64,000 nucleotides of DNA from Marsupella aquatica (taxonomy: Eukaryota; Plantae; Marchantiophyta): assembly GCA_973895155.1 (NCBI GenBank), contig OZ316892.1:22359168-22423167 (forward strand), given 5' to 3'. Of this stretch, positions 1 through 13,602 are shown piece after piece. The notes below the pieces were generated by a model, which saw only the letters and a program-made list of their open reading frames with translations, did no database searches and had not been told where the DNA came from. The position numbers were made by a program, and so were the translations under genes. Position 1 is the first letter of the stretch. The number at the start of each line of letters is the position of its first letter.

Positions 1-19
1 TTGATCATTATTCAGATCA

Positions 20-637
20 CTAGATCCATGAAATGTGGTCCATGGTTGGAGTGTTGAGGTGTGGATCAATAGGATGACGGGGACAATAAAATATTTGTTG
101 TTGTTGTCCATGTGCTTCATGGTCCCAGATGTCCCTTTCATGAGCAAACCTTTTGCTTTTGATCATGTGGAGACAATCTGTATTCCAAGCATTTGGACAC
201 TGTAGACATTGTACCATGTTCTTGACCATCTCACCCTCAAGACCCGATAACATGTCCAACATGATTGTATGCAGTGGGCAGGACTTTGCATCAGCTACCA
301 AACACCCAAAGCAATAAAATCAAACACAAAAATGATCAGAGCATTTAAATTGCACAATTTTAGGTGATGGTCCCACAATGAGTCACCCATAACACATGGC
401 CTGATCCTCATTACAATTTGGGCAAAACCATGGCTTCCCTCCATGATGGAGGGGAAGGACTACACAAGGGCAAGAGTTGTTAGGGGCTTCATTGCCAACC
501 ACAAAATGAAATTGCCTCTGACCTGGCCCATCACAAATTACCAGCTTCCCACCATGCTCACAAATTGCACAAACACCCGCACAAACATGAGGGCTGGTTT
601 GTAGATTCTCTTGCTCAGAGAACAACTGAATACACAA
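20..637 (-). pseudogene. Disrupted EDM2/NSD-type atypical PHD-finger coding region
   Basis: ORF 383-637 has VCAICEHGGKLVICDGP..RQFH..C..WFCPNC. ORF 20-301 has CPLH...VQCLQCPNAW..DCL...IFYCPRHPIDPHLNTPTMDHISW, resembling the C-terminal PHD of plant EDM2-type proteins. The two pieces are separated by stops or frameshifts. Confidence 0.6.
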
Positions 638-1384
638 TACCTCTTCAAAGAGGCTCCTCCATCAGCAGACTGTTACTTTCTTTATGTTTGAAGACCTTGT
701 CAACTGCAATCATCACAAAGCACATCACATATTAGAGTGACCTGTGTAATAGTGGGCAATCCATACACAATTAAAGATTTAAGGTTAATTGTAGATTGAA
801 GTAACTAGTTGCAAACCTGCTCCAATTATTTGCAAACCTCCCTCCCAGCCGGTGGTCACTCAAAATGAATAGACGATCATGTAAGTCAACTAATGTTCAG
901 TGCAACCTAGAGACCACCAACCAAGACATACATAAATACACTGCAACCTTGCAAAAATTTGCCACATAATGGGAATGAAAATGATTCTCATGAAATATAT
1001 CACAGATGGTACAATTGCAACCTTGCAAACAAAGGCCTAGTTATGAACAATGCATCCATGGGCTGTAACCTTAGCTTTATATGGAATACTATCTGGGACT
1101 ACAATATCAAGCTCAGTTATATGTGGAATACTATCAGGGACTACATTATCAAGCCTATCCGGGATGTCAATCTTGCGTAAAAGACACTCATTTTGAGGCC
1201 AAAGGGTTGACCTTATACAAGAGCACAATTTTGCCATGCTTTGCCATGTATGTCCTAGTAACAAGTCTTTCACACATTTTCAAGCAGAAGCAATGGAACC
1301 ATTCAAAATTGCCATTGCCAACCCTGCACTTGACACAGGATTCACACCAACAGCATTCATCAGGATGCTGTAAAAGGAGCTTCT

Positions 1385-1657
1385 CTCGGGGGTCTCACTA
1401 CATGGGGACCTCCCCATCACCTGCGACGTTTTTAGGCCTTGGACCCCCTAAAATGTCAGAAAAAAAATTATTTTTTAACCCCTATAAAGTTGAATTGAAT
1501 TAAAAAGGCCCTAATGTTCTTATAAGTCTCAAAATTGAATTTAAAAGACCCTATTGTTCTTCTACAAAAATTCTTAAGTCTTTCCTTACAACCAATAAAA
1601 TGACCCTATCCTTCGTCACACGTGATATGCCATTTTTGTGGAAGTGAAACCCCCTAG
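1385..1657. mobile_element. MITE with 8-bp TSD
   Basis: TIRs CTCGGGGGTCTCACT...AGTGAAACCCCCTAG; TSD GAGCTTCT at 1377-1384 and 1658-1665; near-identical to 5813-6108. Confidence 0.85.
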
Positions 1658-4619
1658 GAGCTTCTCATAATTCTCCTCTAATGTAATGCCCAATATAGCC
1701 ATGGCACTACTTTTTTGTACTTGGTGAATGGCTAGGCCAACAACTTGCAATTAAAGGCAACTTACTTACTAAGAAGACAATGTACAATTCACTAGGTAGT
1801 ACACTATGTGTTATACCAAAATGCTTCACCACAAGAGTTGGTGCTTGCTGTTGCAAGCATTGATGACAACCTCCACAATTGCTTTTGCAACCTGTGAACA
1901 CAAAATTGCAACCAACATTTCAATTCCTAAGTTACTTTTACATGGAGACAACCATTTGGGCATGCTGCCACAACAACAAACAAATAGGCTCAATAGACCT
2001 GAATAGCTAACAATGCCTCCAACTAGATCACTTCAAATAGAGCTTCATATGCAGATAAACTAAGCAAAAGGAGCAAAAGCAACATCATTATTCTTTCTTG
2101 ATCATTCTGTGCCTATGAATGTATAAACACTGAGTGTAGATTACACGAGGGCTGGATAAACTTTATGTTGCAATGAGAGGCAATATATGCTCTAGATTAT
2201 CAAAAGTGCTATGTACATTTTGAGATGAACAAGGGAAGTAAGTTCACAAGAGAGATCGCACCTGACTCTGATGAGCTTTGTCTTGAACTGCACCCACTGA
2301 ATCGTAGCCATTCTCGGATCCTATCTCTCTCCACCACTCTTGCCCAAGCTGAAGTGTCTCAACGTTCTCTCTACTATTCAAGCCTTGAGCACACAATGTA
2401 CCAGGTTCTGCCCCAACATAACTCCTCTCCTCACCTCACTGCATGTTGTCACAGGGTCGAATGTGAAAAATGAAAGCTGATCAAATACAAAAAAAGACTG
2501 AAGCATGAGACAAGAGGCCAATGTTGCCTGCATTGCCGCAATATTGCCTCAATATAGAGTCAGCAATGTCATCAACGTACTCAGCAACATTGCCCTGGAT
2601 CAACAACGATAATGTAGCTCAATGCTGCAGCACAAAATACCAGGTCATTGTATGAGCTCCAAGATGAGCTCAACGTAGCTCAACGGGGGCAGCTCAGTCT
2701 CTCACCAACAGTGAAGCTTGAGCTGGAGTTGAGCTGCAGCTCGGCTCAACTCCACAGCAAAGCCACCAAAGCTCTCAACCAGATCTCAGCACCAGCCCAG
2801 GCCTAGCAGTCCAGATCCCTGCAGCAGCCCAGCCCAACGCAGAGCAGCCCTCGGCGCACAACCGGATTGCAGCACAACGGAGCGCAGCTCAGCTTGCAGC
2901 TTGACCAGATTTCAGCCCAACTCTCAACCTGATCGCAGCCCACCTTGTAGAGCACCTCGCAGCCCAACAGCACTAACAGCAAGTCTGTCGATGAATAGCA
3001 AGTGCATTGATCATTATCTACTCAACTTAGTACATTGATCATTATCTACAGTGGCCTGGTTCATAGCACTTCATCTCAACCAGCACAAAGCAAGCAACAA
3101 AAGGTGAGCAGCAAGCTAAGAGCTTGGAGCACAAACAAAGCAACTAAGACAAAGTGAGCTAAACCACAAGCTCAATGTCACTTGATCTTGATCAGCTGAA
3201 CACCAACTTTGACCAGTGAGTAGAGCATGCATCCACCAATGTCCAACTCTTCTCTCATTTTAACAACAGCTTGTTTGCAATGTTATGGAGAAACCATAGA
3301 CTTCAACATATCTATGAAGGATTCATGTGTCCAAAGTTGAAGGATTTGTAGTGGCCACAGCTTTGACTATGTTGTATGTGGTCGCACTTGATCTCAGCTG
3401 AAACTTGAGCTTGAAACTCAATAGTACGTGCTCAACTTGGCTTAGTAGCTACTGCTGTCCAAGGAAGGTTCAAAAGCAATAGCATTGCGACGACATCAAG
3501 CAGTAGCCAGGCAATTATGTCAAGCAGTAGCTGTGTGATGATGTCAAGCATTAGCTCCCCTTGGTCAATGGTCGATCGTCAACAGCATGTAGCAGCAGCT
3601 CCCTGCTCACTTTGGAATGCAACAGCTCCCCTATTTTTGCTTGATGGTCAATGATGGACAATGCAAACCCAGCAGCGGAGCCTCCCTCTCACTATGAAAT
3701 CTCAGCAGCAATGCTCTCCTCTCCTCTCAACAGCTCCGCTATCCTCTCAAGAACTTTGCTCTCTTCTCAACAGCTCCACTCTTCTCAGCAGCAACTCCAC
3801 TTGGTCTACTCCTCAATCTGCAGCCCAGCATTGCTCGATGGTCTCAGCAGGTCTGCTTGATGGTCTCAACAGCTCTGCTCCTCTTTTTGGTGGTCGATCT
3901 CATTAGCTCCGCTCCTCTCTGCAGCTTGATTTGCTCCTCTCACACAATGGTCAACAACATTCATTGTCAACAGTGCACATCAACAGCAGCTCTGGCCCTC
4001 TCTGTTTGCCCATTTCACAAAGGAGGCATGAGGGCAAACTTGAACGTGTGAATGACTGATGTCGATTGTGTGGCCAAGGGACAGTGGAGGGAAACAGCCA
4101 AGGGATAGTGGAGGAAAACAACACGAGACAACCCTAACAAGGGGCAATGGAGGGAAATAACACACATGAAAGGGGTGAGTAAATGGGACAATTTCAAACT
4201 TGTGAAACCCGGGTCAAACTCTAACAAGTGAGTCCCCCCAAAACCAGATCACTTAAACCATTCTAAAATTCTTGCCAACTTAACATATATCCAAGGATTC
4301 ACTAAATTTGTTGGGAGTGTTTAAGTGTGCCACATGTACCAATCATATAGTGACACATGTATTTTGTATAATCCGGCACAAAGTCACCCTAACTTCCATG
4401 TATGTCTCCCATTTACATAGTCATGCAATCTAACTTCAAAAATACTAATATCCCTATTATATTCTTAAAAGTTGTCCAACATATAAAGTTGACCCTATTA
4501 TTCTTATACAAATCTTCTTAAATCTTTCTTAAAACCTAATAAACAGACCCTATACTTCATTGCACGTATGTGCAATTTTTGCAGAGTGAGACCCCTGAGG
4601 GATTACCAAACAAATAGCA

Positions 4620-5230
4620 ACAAGAGTGTGGCACAACAGCCCACACTTTTGCCAAACACTCTCCTTCATAAGAGCTATACTTAGCCTCTGCTAAATTGTT
4701 TTATTTATTGACATACGCCACAACAAATTCATTCCCCTTATCATCCTTCTTAGTCAGCATTGTTTTAAGTCCTACTCCACTCCAAATAAGTGTGTAGTTG
4801 AAATGGTCTTCCTGAAAATGGATCTTCTCAAAATAGAGGATGACCAACCTTTCCTTCAACTCCCGAAAGACATGCTCTTAGTCATCACCTCCTCAAGTCC
4901 ACTCTTGATCCAACTTCATGAGTATGGTTAAATCCTTTAACATACTTCTTGTAGTAGCTTGCCAATCCCAAGAATGCACAAACTCTACTCACATTAGTAG
5001 GACAAGTATTCTGTGTAATGGCCTCCACATTAGTTTGTGGCACACCCAATCCCCCTTAGTAGATAGTGTGGCCCAATTTCTCAATCTGGTCTTGGAAAAA
5101 ATTACACTTGCCATGATGGAGTTTCAACCCATGTTCTCTCAATCTCTCCAACACAATCTATAAGTGTTCTTCCATAGTAGAGGAATAGACCAAAATATCA
5201 TCAATATAGCATTTAACAAAGTCCAACCTA
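4620..5230 (-). pseudogene. Ty3/gypsy reverse transcriptase relic, C-terminal part
   Basis: Minus strand reads LDFVKCYIDDILVYS (YxDD) and REHGLKLHHGKCNFFQDQIEKLGHTI. It continues on the far side of the CACTA insertion. Confidence 0.75.
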
Positions 5231-5812
5231 CACTAGTACATATTGGGGCCTGGTCCGATTCTCATTTTCCGACAATGCCAAACTTTCCGATGTTGTTGTA
5301 ATTGTATTGGCTTGTTAAATGTCCGATCCTACGCGAATCGGACATTTGCCATTCTTTCACCATCGGAAACATTAGGTTCCAACACCAAAACAATTGGAAA
5401 CATTGTGTGATTCATATACAATCGGACATTTGTTGCGTGTTGAGTACAAATGGATTGATCAGTGCAATTGTTATGTCATTCAAAATGCATCGAAGACGCT
5501 TTAACAAAGAAAAATGTATGTTGTACATTCCGATCAATTTACAATTGCAAGTTCCGATGTGGTACGAATTGCACATTGCGATTCAACCTAAATTGGATTT
5601 TACCTCTTATCGATTCAATGTCAAACGGAAAGACGTTCTCGTGGAAAATGTAATTGGTAGCATGTTCCAATTTTGGAGGAATCAAACATTGGAATCCAAT
5701 CGGTTTAAGCTAGGATGTAAATGGGTGATCTAAGTACAATGGGATGTTTGTCCAATTGGTTTTGAATTGGACTATAGTTTCCCGTTGGACTGGAATTGGA
5801 ATCAGTGTTCCT

Positions 5813-6108
5813 CTTAGGGGTCTCACTATATGGATGTCTCCCCATCCCCTGCGACGTTTTTAGGCCTCAGACCCCCTAAAATGTAAGAAAAAAATTAAAT
5901 TTTCAATCCCTATAAAGTTGGAATATTCTTGGAATATTCTAAAATTTTGGTTAAAAAGACCCTAATGTTCTTATAAGTCTCAAAATTGAATTTAAAGGAC
6001 CCTATTGTTCTTCTACAAAAATTCTTAAGTCTTCCCTTCAAACCAATAAATCGACCCTATACTTCGTCGCACGTGATGTGCCATTTTTGTGGAAGTGAAA
6101 CCCCCGAG
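5813..6108. mobile_element. MITE nested in the CACTA
   Basis: Same family as 1385-1657; TSD GTGTTCCT at 5805-5812 and 6109-6116. Confidence 0.85.
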
Positions 6109-9100
6109 GTGTTCCTATTAAAGGAGAATGGGATAGTTTTCCGATTGTGTTCTAAACGGAAAGCAAATTGTGTTGGTTTTTGGATTGGAAACTTATTTGT
6201 AATATCATCGCAATGGGATGGGTATCCGATTGAGATTAAAATGGACAAGATTGTCCAAGCGAGTTGAAATTGGAAGCCTTTTTGCATTTGATTTAGAATT
6301 GGAAGTCTTTGAATGCTTTATGGAATGAATTTCAAGGTCCATTTGATGTCTAATTGGATAAAAGGATCTAATATATTAATTTCTCATGGAAGTTGTAAAA
6401 TCTGGATCTAATTTGTTGGAAAGATCTTTGTTAATTATTTCTTGTTTTGGAAGGAATTAATGATAATGATGTGAGACTTGATGTGAGGTTGAACAAACAC
6501 ATGCAAGGCAAGGTGTTATGGGTTTTCTTACAAATTAAATGGGCATGAATTTTGCTAGGAAGAGAAAAATTTATGAGGACGCAAACTAGGAGATTTACTC
6601 TTATGTTTTTAGCTACGGCTAAAGCATGCTTCCCTACTTAAGGGCTTCTCAAACTTGGGTACAATGGGGGTTGAAGAGGAGGATTATATACATTAGGTCA
6701 CAATGAAAGATTTTCACAAAATGGTACATACCTTGTTGTGGGTGATGTCTGGGTTTTAACTGTATTGCAACCTGGCTTGGTTGAAGTAATTTATCAAAGA
6801 AATGGATAAGGAATACATTTAATTTTTGTACCCTTACATAAAATCACAATCATAATGCTTCATTATAATTGACAAAAAATGTTGCAAACTTCTCAAACAT
6901 CATGAAAAAACACATTTGGGGTGTGCAATACTAACTATAATTTAGTCTCTCCATATTTAATAACTACACATCATTCCTCGTCAAGGTTCTGAACTAAAAC
7001 AATCTCAGGGGCCTCTTGGACAACTGATCAAGTACGAGGTGTGTAAGGGATGACAACTGACCATTCCTCAGGGTCGGGGGGTATGCTAGGTAGCAACACT
7101 GTTCAACCTGGTGAGGAAAGGCAAATGGGTCAGAAGTTGACCAATCTTGCCTGATAGTGCTAGATGCAGCGGTCTTCAACCTAGTGAAACCACACTCATC
7201 CTCAACCATTGTAGCATTGGCCCCTACTAGATTACTCTTAAACCACCTACACTTGAAGAGAACTTCCTCCATCTCCGTATGTGAAGCATAGGTCACAGTC
7301 ATGATCTCCTCAATTTTCCCATAATATGAGACCAAAGGTGTCACCACATTGCAGTCATGTCGACTACTTCGAAAGTCCTGTGTGAACTGAGATGTAACAC
7401 CACAATCAAATGTCACAACCTTGGTGTCATCAAGTCTAGCAATCCGGAAGTGTCTGCCCTTTGACCACATGGCAGTTCTAGTAGACACCGTCAATAAGGG
7501 GCCATGAAGCAAAGTCTGAAGATGTGGAGACACCTCAGGGTAGTGTGAAACTGATTCCCCCCTTTGTGCCATGAGTTCCAATTCCTCAACCTTTCTCCTC
7601 ATGTATTCCACAAATGTAGGGAATATCCTTTGCCTCCGTGCTTGGCTCTTTCCAGACTCGTACACATCTCTCCATTTTTCTGCATGCTCACTATTACATA
7701 ACATCATGGTGGTGATTTGTGATACCTCAGTAGGAGTCAACTGTCACTTCTTATGGGAACCGGTCAATCTATCATCATCTGGATCAATGACCTCCTCCCA
7801 AGCTCGAGGAGCTTTTGGGTCAATAGTAGAGATGATGTTTGTCATGTAAAACATGGATTCTGCTGCAAGATGTCCCTCAGCTATGCTGCCTTCAATCCTA
7901 GCCCGGTTCCTCACATGCCATTTAAGCACTCCCATATAACGCTCCACCCAATACATCCACCGACAATGCACCGGACCTGCCAACGCAACCTCAGGAACTA
8001 GGTGCACTAGCAAGTGAATCTGACAGTCAAAGAAAGAAGGGGGTAATGCCCTTTCCAAGTGACATAGAACCTCAGCACCAAAGGTCTCCATGTGTGAGAT
8101 CTCTTCCTCCTTCACAGTCTTACCACATATCCATCTCAACAATTTTCCCAATGACCAGATGCATGTTGAAGCTCTGGGGTACCCAATCCAATAATAGCTA
8201 CTGGAATTATGTGTTGCAACAAGCGATGCCAATCATGCGTCTTCAAATAGCTTGGCCAATTTTTCAGGTCATCCTCCCCAAATGCCTTACGAAGGTTGGC
8301 ACCATAGTTTGTGGGAAATCTCATGGCCCCAATGCGTCTACGAAACTCCTGCCTCTCTGGTTTGGATAATACCCAAGGCACGGATGGTTGTACTAATCGT
8401 CCCCTTGCATCTTTGTATGGCCAAACCTCAGGATGCATGTCTTGCTCCACACAAGCCTCCCTCCAATTGACACCCTTTTCCCCATAAAGGTGTTTGATAA
8501 GGAATTTTCCAATGTTACCCTCAATGTGCATGGGATCCAACAAATGGTTTATCTTCATCTCACTCCAATATGGCAATTGATTCAATGCACTCAAAAATAC
8601 CATCCCACATCTGTTATATTGGAGAGGGTCACCTGGGTTTGATACTCTCTCCCAAACATCCCTCCAATATGCAGGTCCTTTGGGGTTTGGTTTTGGACAA
8701 TCATCATCAGCTCCATTCCAAGGGTCAAGGAAGTACAATGGGTCCTTTCTATATGGATGATCAGCAGCCAAATACTTGGTATGATGGAGATAAATACATT
8801 TTTTGCATGCCTTAGAGTACCTTGAAACATCATCAAGGTCTGGGCCACAACTTGGACAAGCCTTGAAGCCCTTTGTTTGGAGTCCAGAGAAATATCCAAA
8901 GCCTACACCATAGCCAAAAAAAAAAAAAGTTATAAAATATTACCAATTACATGCATGGTTAATCAATCATAGGAAAGACTTTCAATTTTAATTGGATAGG
9001 TGTGCACTATCTATATAAAGCACTTTGTTTGGAGACCTGAAACATATCCTAAGTCTAGGGCCCGCACCTATCAAGCCATCCATACTTCTAAGTAATGCAA

Positions 9101-10888
9101 TCTTCAGGTATAATACTTCCGATACAACATCCGACTCTATACTCATTGTACCCCTCCTCCAACAATCGGAGCCCTTGTACTTCAAAGGCTAAGATTGTTG
9201 TCTTCTTATTTGGCTCACTATGGAAAATTCAGATTAAACACGAATCGGACCCCTCCAAAAGTCCGATTCTAAAGGAATTGGAAGTCCTTCTAGAATGGGG
9301 ACTTGTGCTTTCAGTTACAAAATCCATTTTTTTAGTCACAATGAGTGAGACCCCTTTTAAGTAAATCAGACCGTGCCCAAGACACCCATAGTATGCTTAC
9401 TTAGGTTTGGCAACAAGGTTTTAATTAAGTGACAGCAAAGCCTAGCTCTTTAAAACATAATTTAGGATAAAATAAAGATAACCATACCCATTGTTTTGGT
9501 ACACATGACCCAAAATTAAGCATTATCATACCCTTTAGCCCTTACTAAAGTCAGGAATTGTACCTGGATAATCATGCATTGTCCACAAAACAATTGCTTT
9601 GAGAATAAACTCCCGAGGTAGACCGTTGGTTTTAATCCAATTGTCATAGGCTGCAACCCCACACCACAACTCCTCCAACTCCTCTATCAACGGTGCCAAG
9701 TAGATACTCATGTCTGATGGTTGTTTAGGGCCTGGGATAATCATGGAGAGTATCAAATGTCCCTTCTTCATGGAGAGCCATGGTGGAATGTTGTAGTTCA
9801 TTAAAACTACTGGCCACACTGAATAAGGTTGCGCCTTGCCTGCAATATTGAATGGACTGATGCCATCTGTGGCCAAACCAAGTCGAACATTTCGAGGGTC
9901 TCCTCCAAACTCTGGCCATTTTTGTTCTACAAACTTATTTGCCGGTGAGTCCACTACCATGCGCATGATACCCTCCTCTGACCTATGGCTTGCATGCCAA
10001 ACTTGATACTCTGCTAAATCAGAGCAACGGTATGTGTGAAGCAATCGAGGTATGAGGGGGAAATACCTCATTGCTTTCTGGGGCACCTTCTCAGTGGCCA
10101 TATTTGACTTGTACCTAGGTGTCTCACACTCTGGGCATGTAGTGCAATGTGCATATTCTTTCCGATAAAGAATACAATCATTCGGGCAAGCATGGATGAT
10201 TTCATATTTCATTCCAATGGAACGAAGGATCTTCTTTGCCTCCTTCCATGATGATGGCAGAGTATTTCCCTCAGGTAGAATAAGATCACATTGCATGGAT
10301 CGAAGAAGAGAATCAATCATGATGTTGCTCACATTAAACTTTGATTGCAAGTTCAACAACTCCAATATGGTGGAAAGTTGGGAAAGTCTTGCTCCCTCAT
10401 ATATCCGAGTTGTTGCATGCTGCTTAGCTGCCTCCCAAAGCTTTTCGTGTGGATGATCTTGTCGAGGTTGCACATGTCCTCCTTCGTATTCCATATCGTT
10501 ATCCGCAAAATAATTGAGTGTGACTTCATCCATTGCACGTTCCTCATCCATCTGGACAGAAGCCTCTGTTCGGGGTAAGTCATCTTGTTCCTCATCGGAG
10601 TCTGAGAATGCTTCTTGTCTCCAAGCTTCTCTTTGTAATTCCCTCATGCGTGTAGGTAATACAGAAGGATCTGGTTGGCAAAACTGGTATGAACAACAAA
10701 AAAAACATATATATGGGTCATGTTTAGTAAGGCATTACATGATATGATTGGAGTCAAATGTTGATACAAATTTTTCCAAGGATATATGGACAATTATTCA
10801 TTGAAAAACATTGTTCAAATGCCCAAAAATTGGAAGCAATACAGGTACAAGTCTACACTAATTAAAGTGACAACAGGGTCAAAACTCA

Positions 10889-10892
<4 letters not shown>

Positions 10893-10971
<79 letters not shown>
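10893..10971. repeat. Compound (TC)n(TA)n microsatellite
   Basis: Directly visible. Confidence 0.95.
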
Positions 10972-10973
<2 letters not shown>

Positions 10974-10981
10974 GGCAATTT

Positions 10982-11773
10982 CTACATGGGTGTCCAGTCA
11001 TAATCACAAAATAGCTCCTCTCCGGCTCTAATTGGTCGAATAGCCACGGTCATAATGTGATCATCTACACATTTGCCATTAAAGGGTGGTGGTGGATTTC
11101 CATCTACTGTAACCCACTCTACATTTGGAATCTTTTTTGGCTTAGTCCCTTTGGTACTATTAATGTACCCAGCTATGTTAGGAAATCGAACTGGATCACC
11201 ATCAATGGTGCGAGTGTGCTCCTTCCTGTTGTGACTTCCGGGCCAACAATCCATATCAAGTTGGTACACTTTCCAAGATGGGTGTTGGAGCACAAGCAAC
11301 TTCCATGCCTTTGATGTATAAACTGGTCCAACATAAGGAAATAGTCCGGGGGCATATTGCATATCACTCCCTAGATTGTTGGGGACATGAATGTCCTCAC
11401 ATGCAAACAATCCATAGCCAAGGCCAATTCCAAGGGTATTGTCTCTAACTATCCAGCGTCGGCCCCCAAGAACTATCTCCTCCTTGACCGGAATTGTAGG
11501 AGGGAAACAAAATACTGATGGAGCCCAAGTTTTCAAGACCTTAGCCGCTTTTCCAGTGACCAATGCCTTCCCTAGTCTACCGTCCACCTCAATACAATCA
11601 ACATCATCACAAACCAAGGGTGTTCTCCTACTCCAATGGCGAGGCGGTCTGGGTGGGTGAAGAGGGAGTGGGCATGACTCTGATGGTAGTGCTGCAGTGA
11701 CTTCTCTCACCACTTTTGCTACCACACCAAGAAGATCCTCCATTGAATACTCCAATGATGGTTTACGCACAAC
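10982..11773 (-). CDS. SET-domain (lysine methyltransferase-like) exon carried inside the CACTA
   Basis: Uninterrupted frame with GLGYGLFACEDI, YVGPVY, IAGYINS..PNV, VAIRPIRAGEELFCDYDW (SET motifs I-IV). The AG acceptor at 11775-11774 is in phase with the donor after exon 12126-11908. Confidence 0.8.
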   Translation of the reverse strand, partial: VVRKPSLEYSMEDLLGVVAKVVREVTAALPSESCPLPLHPPRPPRHWSRRTPLVCDDVDCIEVDGRLGKALVTGKAAKVLKTWAPSVFCFPPTIPVKEEIVLGGRRWIVRDNTLGIGLGYGLFACEDIHVPNNLGSDMQYAPGLFPYVGPVYTSKAWKLLVLQHPSWKVYQLDMDCWPGSHNRKEHTRTIDGDPVRFPNIAGYINSTKGTKPKKIPNVEWVTVDGNPPPPFNGKCVDDHIMTVAIRPIRAGEELFCDYDWTPM

Positions 11774-13602
11774 CTATATAATTGAGGAAAAACAGTCGGG
11801 CATGTGAAAGTGAAAATACACAAACCTTCATCATATCCATGTATATAGCACCTAACATACTACCAAAACATCTTATACACAAGTTACAATGTAAATGTAT
11901 TCTATACCTGTTGGGAAGAGGATGCTCCTGGAAACTGCCCCTGGTGGCGGCCCCAATTCTGGATATGCTCATCTGCCTTCCATCCATGTTGTCGAACCAT
12001 CCCCACACATTTAGTGCACCAACACATCACCTTCTCGGGTTGAACAATAGGATGTGGCACATTGTGCTCATCCTCAGATTGTGATGATGACTCGGTATCA
12101 TCCTCTGTACTAGAGGAAGTAGACATGTTGTCAACCTACAAGATGGCAAAAGTGTGATAAGAAATACACTCTTTCCCAAAGAGCCTCCATTAAAATTCAT
12201 TTTCAACTGTTATATGGACCCATGAACATATTCACAAATTAACATGTTGTAATTTTTATTAAAAGATTTTTAGAATTTTAAAAAGAGGAGTTGCAGACCC
12301 ATGAACAACCCCCACCCATGAAAATAGTTGCAAGCTAGGTATTGGCTTGGCCATATATATACTACTATTCTTAGAAAAGTGTTTGGAATGCCCTTAATTT
12401 ATTACCTGTTGGACACCCAGACTCAACAGTGCCTATAGGTCTCCAAGAGAATCTGAAGGTTGAGGATGGAACCTGGATTATTTAGAATACCATTATATTG
12501 GGGGTTAGTCAAACCATGCCAAGTTTGATAGTAACCATTTCATTTTATAAGTAAACTTGCACAATTTAATAAAAAACAAGACAGTATTCATGGCTAGAGA
12601 AATAATCCAAGGTAAGTACCTCTCAGATGTTTGGGCTGTCACTGTGCATATATTGCATTTAGAACAGGTACCCCTTCCGCTCACCCCAAAACACATGCAC
12701 CATGTTTGTTGCCCTTGCCCATATTCTACATTCCAGTAACATAAATGCCCACAACCTTTAATATCTACTTAACTGTAGTTCTAGCTACTTTATAGAACCC
12801 TAAGAAATGCAACACAAGTTACAGTAGACAAAGAAACATAATAAACATTTTGGTTGCACAAAGTAACAGGGTTATATAGTTTATTAGCTTAGTACCTCTC
12901 ACATACGATGGCTCTCCCAATGCTTACTGCATTAAGAACCGGTACCCCAGGTTGTCCTCACACTGAGCAGACAATCCTAAGCTGTAAGCCAACCATGGTC
13001 TACACTGTAATTAGAATGACCCTAGGTATATAAAACTTTCAAGATGGGAAATAACCATTAATAAGTTCATGTCATACGCCCGGTCATACGCTTGGGAGGG
13101 TGGGGAAAGGTACCTCTTAAATATTTGGGGCTATGCACTAATTTGATATATCTCCCCTCAAATAGCCAAACTTACGCATCCCCCAATAAGTATCTAAAAA
13201 TTTCAAAACAAAAAAACAAAAACAAAAAACAAACACACAAGTTCCGCAATACTTTGCCGCAAACTTATTTTGGACCTGCATTGAGTTTCAAGCACCTTAG
13301 TAAAAACAAAGTCTCACCCATAAAATACCTATGATGCTTTCACATGGTCCCTACTACCTCCATTAACAAAAAAAGAGCCTAAATGCGTAAGGGGGAATAC
13401 TCTAATTTGGTCAACAAACCGGTCCAATTCTTGTAGAATTGGAACTATCTTGGTCCAATTGCACACAAATTGGACCATCTCTTTAGGGTTCCAATTATGG
13501 TTTCGATTCAAGTATAATTGGAAGTTCCGATTCTGTTTGAATTTGTTTGGGATCCCAGCGGGGGTATTAGCGCTTTCTTGGGCCTTTTTCTTCCTTCCGT
13601 TC

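Larger units (their letters stand above)
1..4599. mobile_element. Right part of a larger DNA transposon of the same family as the 8-bp-TSD MITEs (left end outside window)
   Basis: Ends in AGTGAGACCCCTGAG (4585-4599), matching the MITE terminus. The subterminal GACCCTAT-rich blocks at ~4450-4580 match MITE interiors. No transposase is visible in the window. Confidence 0.45.
6940..12126 (-). pseudogene. CACTA TnpD/Tnp2-type transposase (Transposase_21, DUF4218, DUF4216-like), spliced, disrupted
   Basis: Predicted exons 12126-11908, 10683-9564 and 8902-~6940. Motifs IHACPNDCILY, RNVRLGLATDG, HDYPG|FGYFSGLQTKGFKACPSC, LLDPMHIEGN, GPVHCRWMYWVERYM, YYGKIEEI, DPFAFPHQVEQ. Frameshift near 8150 and TGA at 7744. 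Confidence 0.9.

Noticed and set aside
5240-6400. Dense TCCGAT/CCAATTGG motifs (also 16630-17140) as a novel signal
   Set aside because: Explained as ordinary CACTA subterminal repeats.
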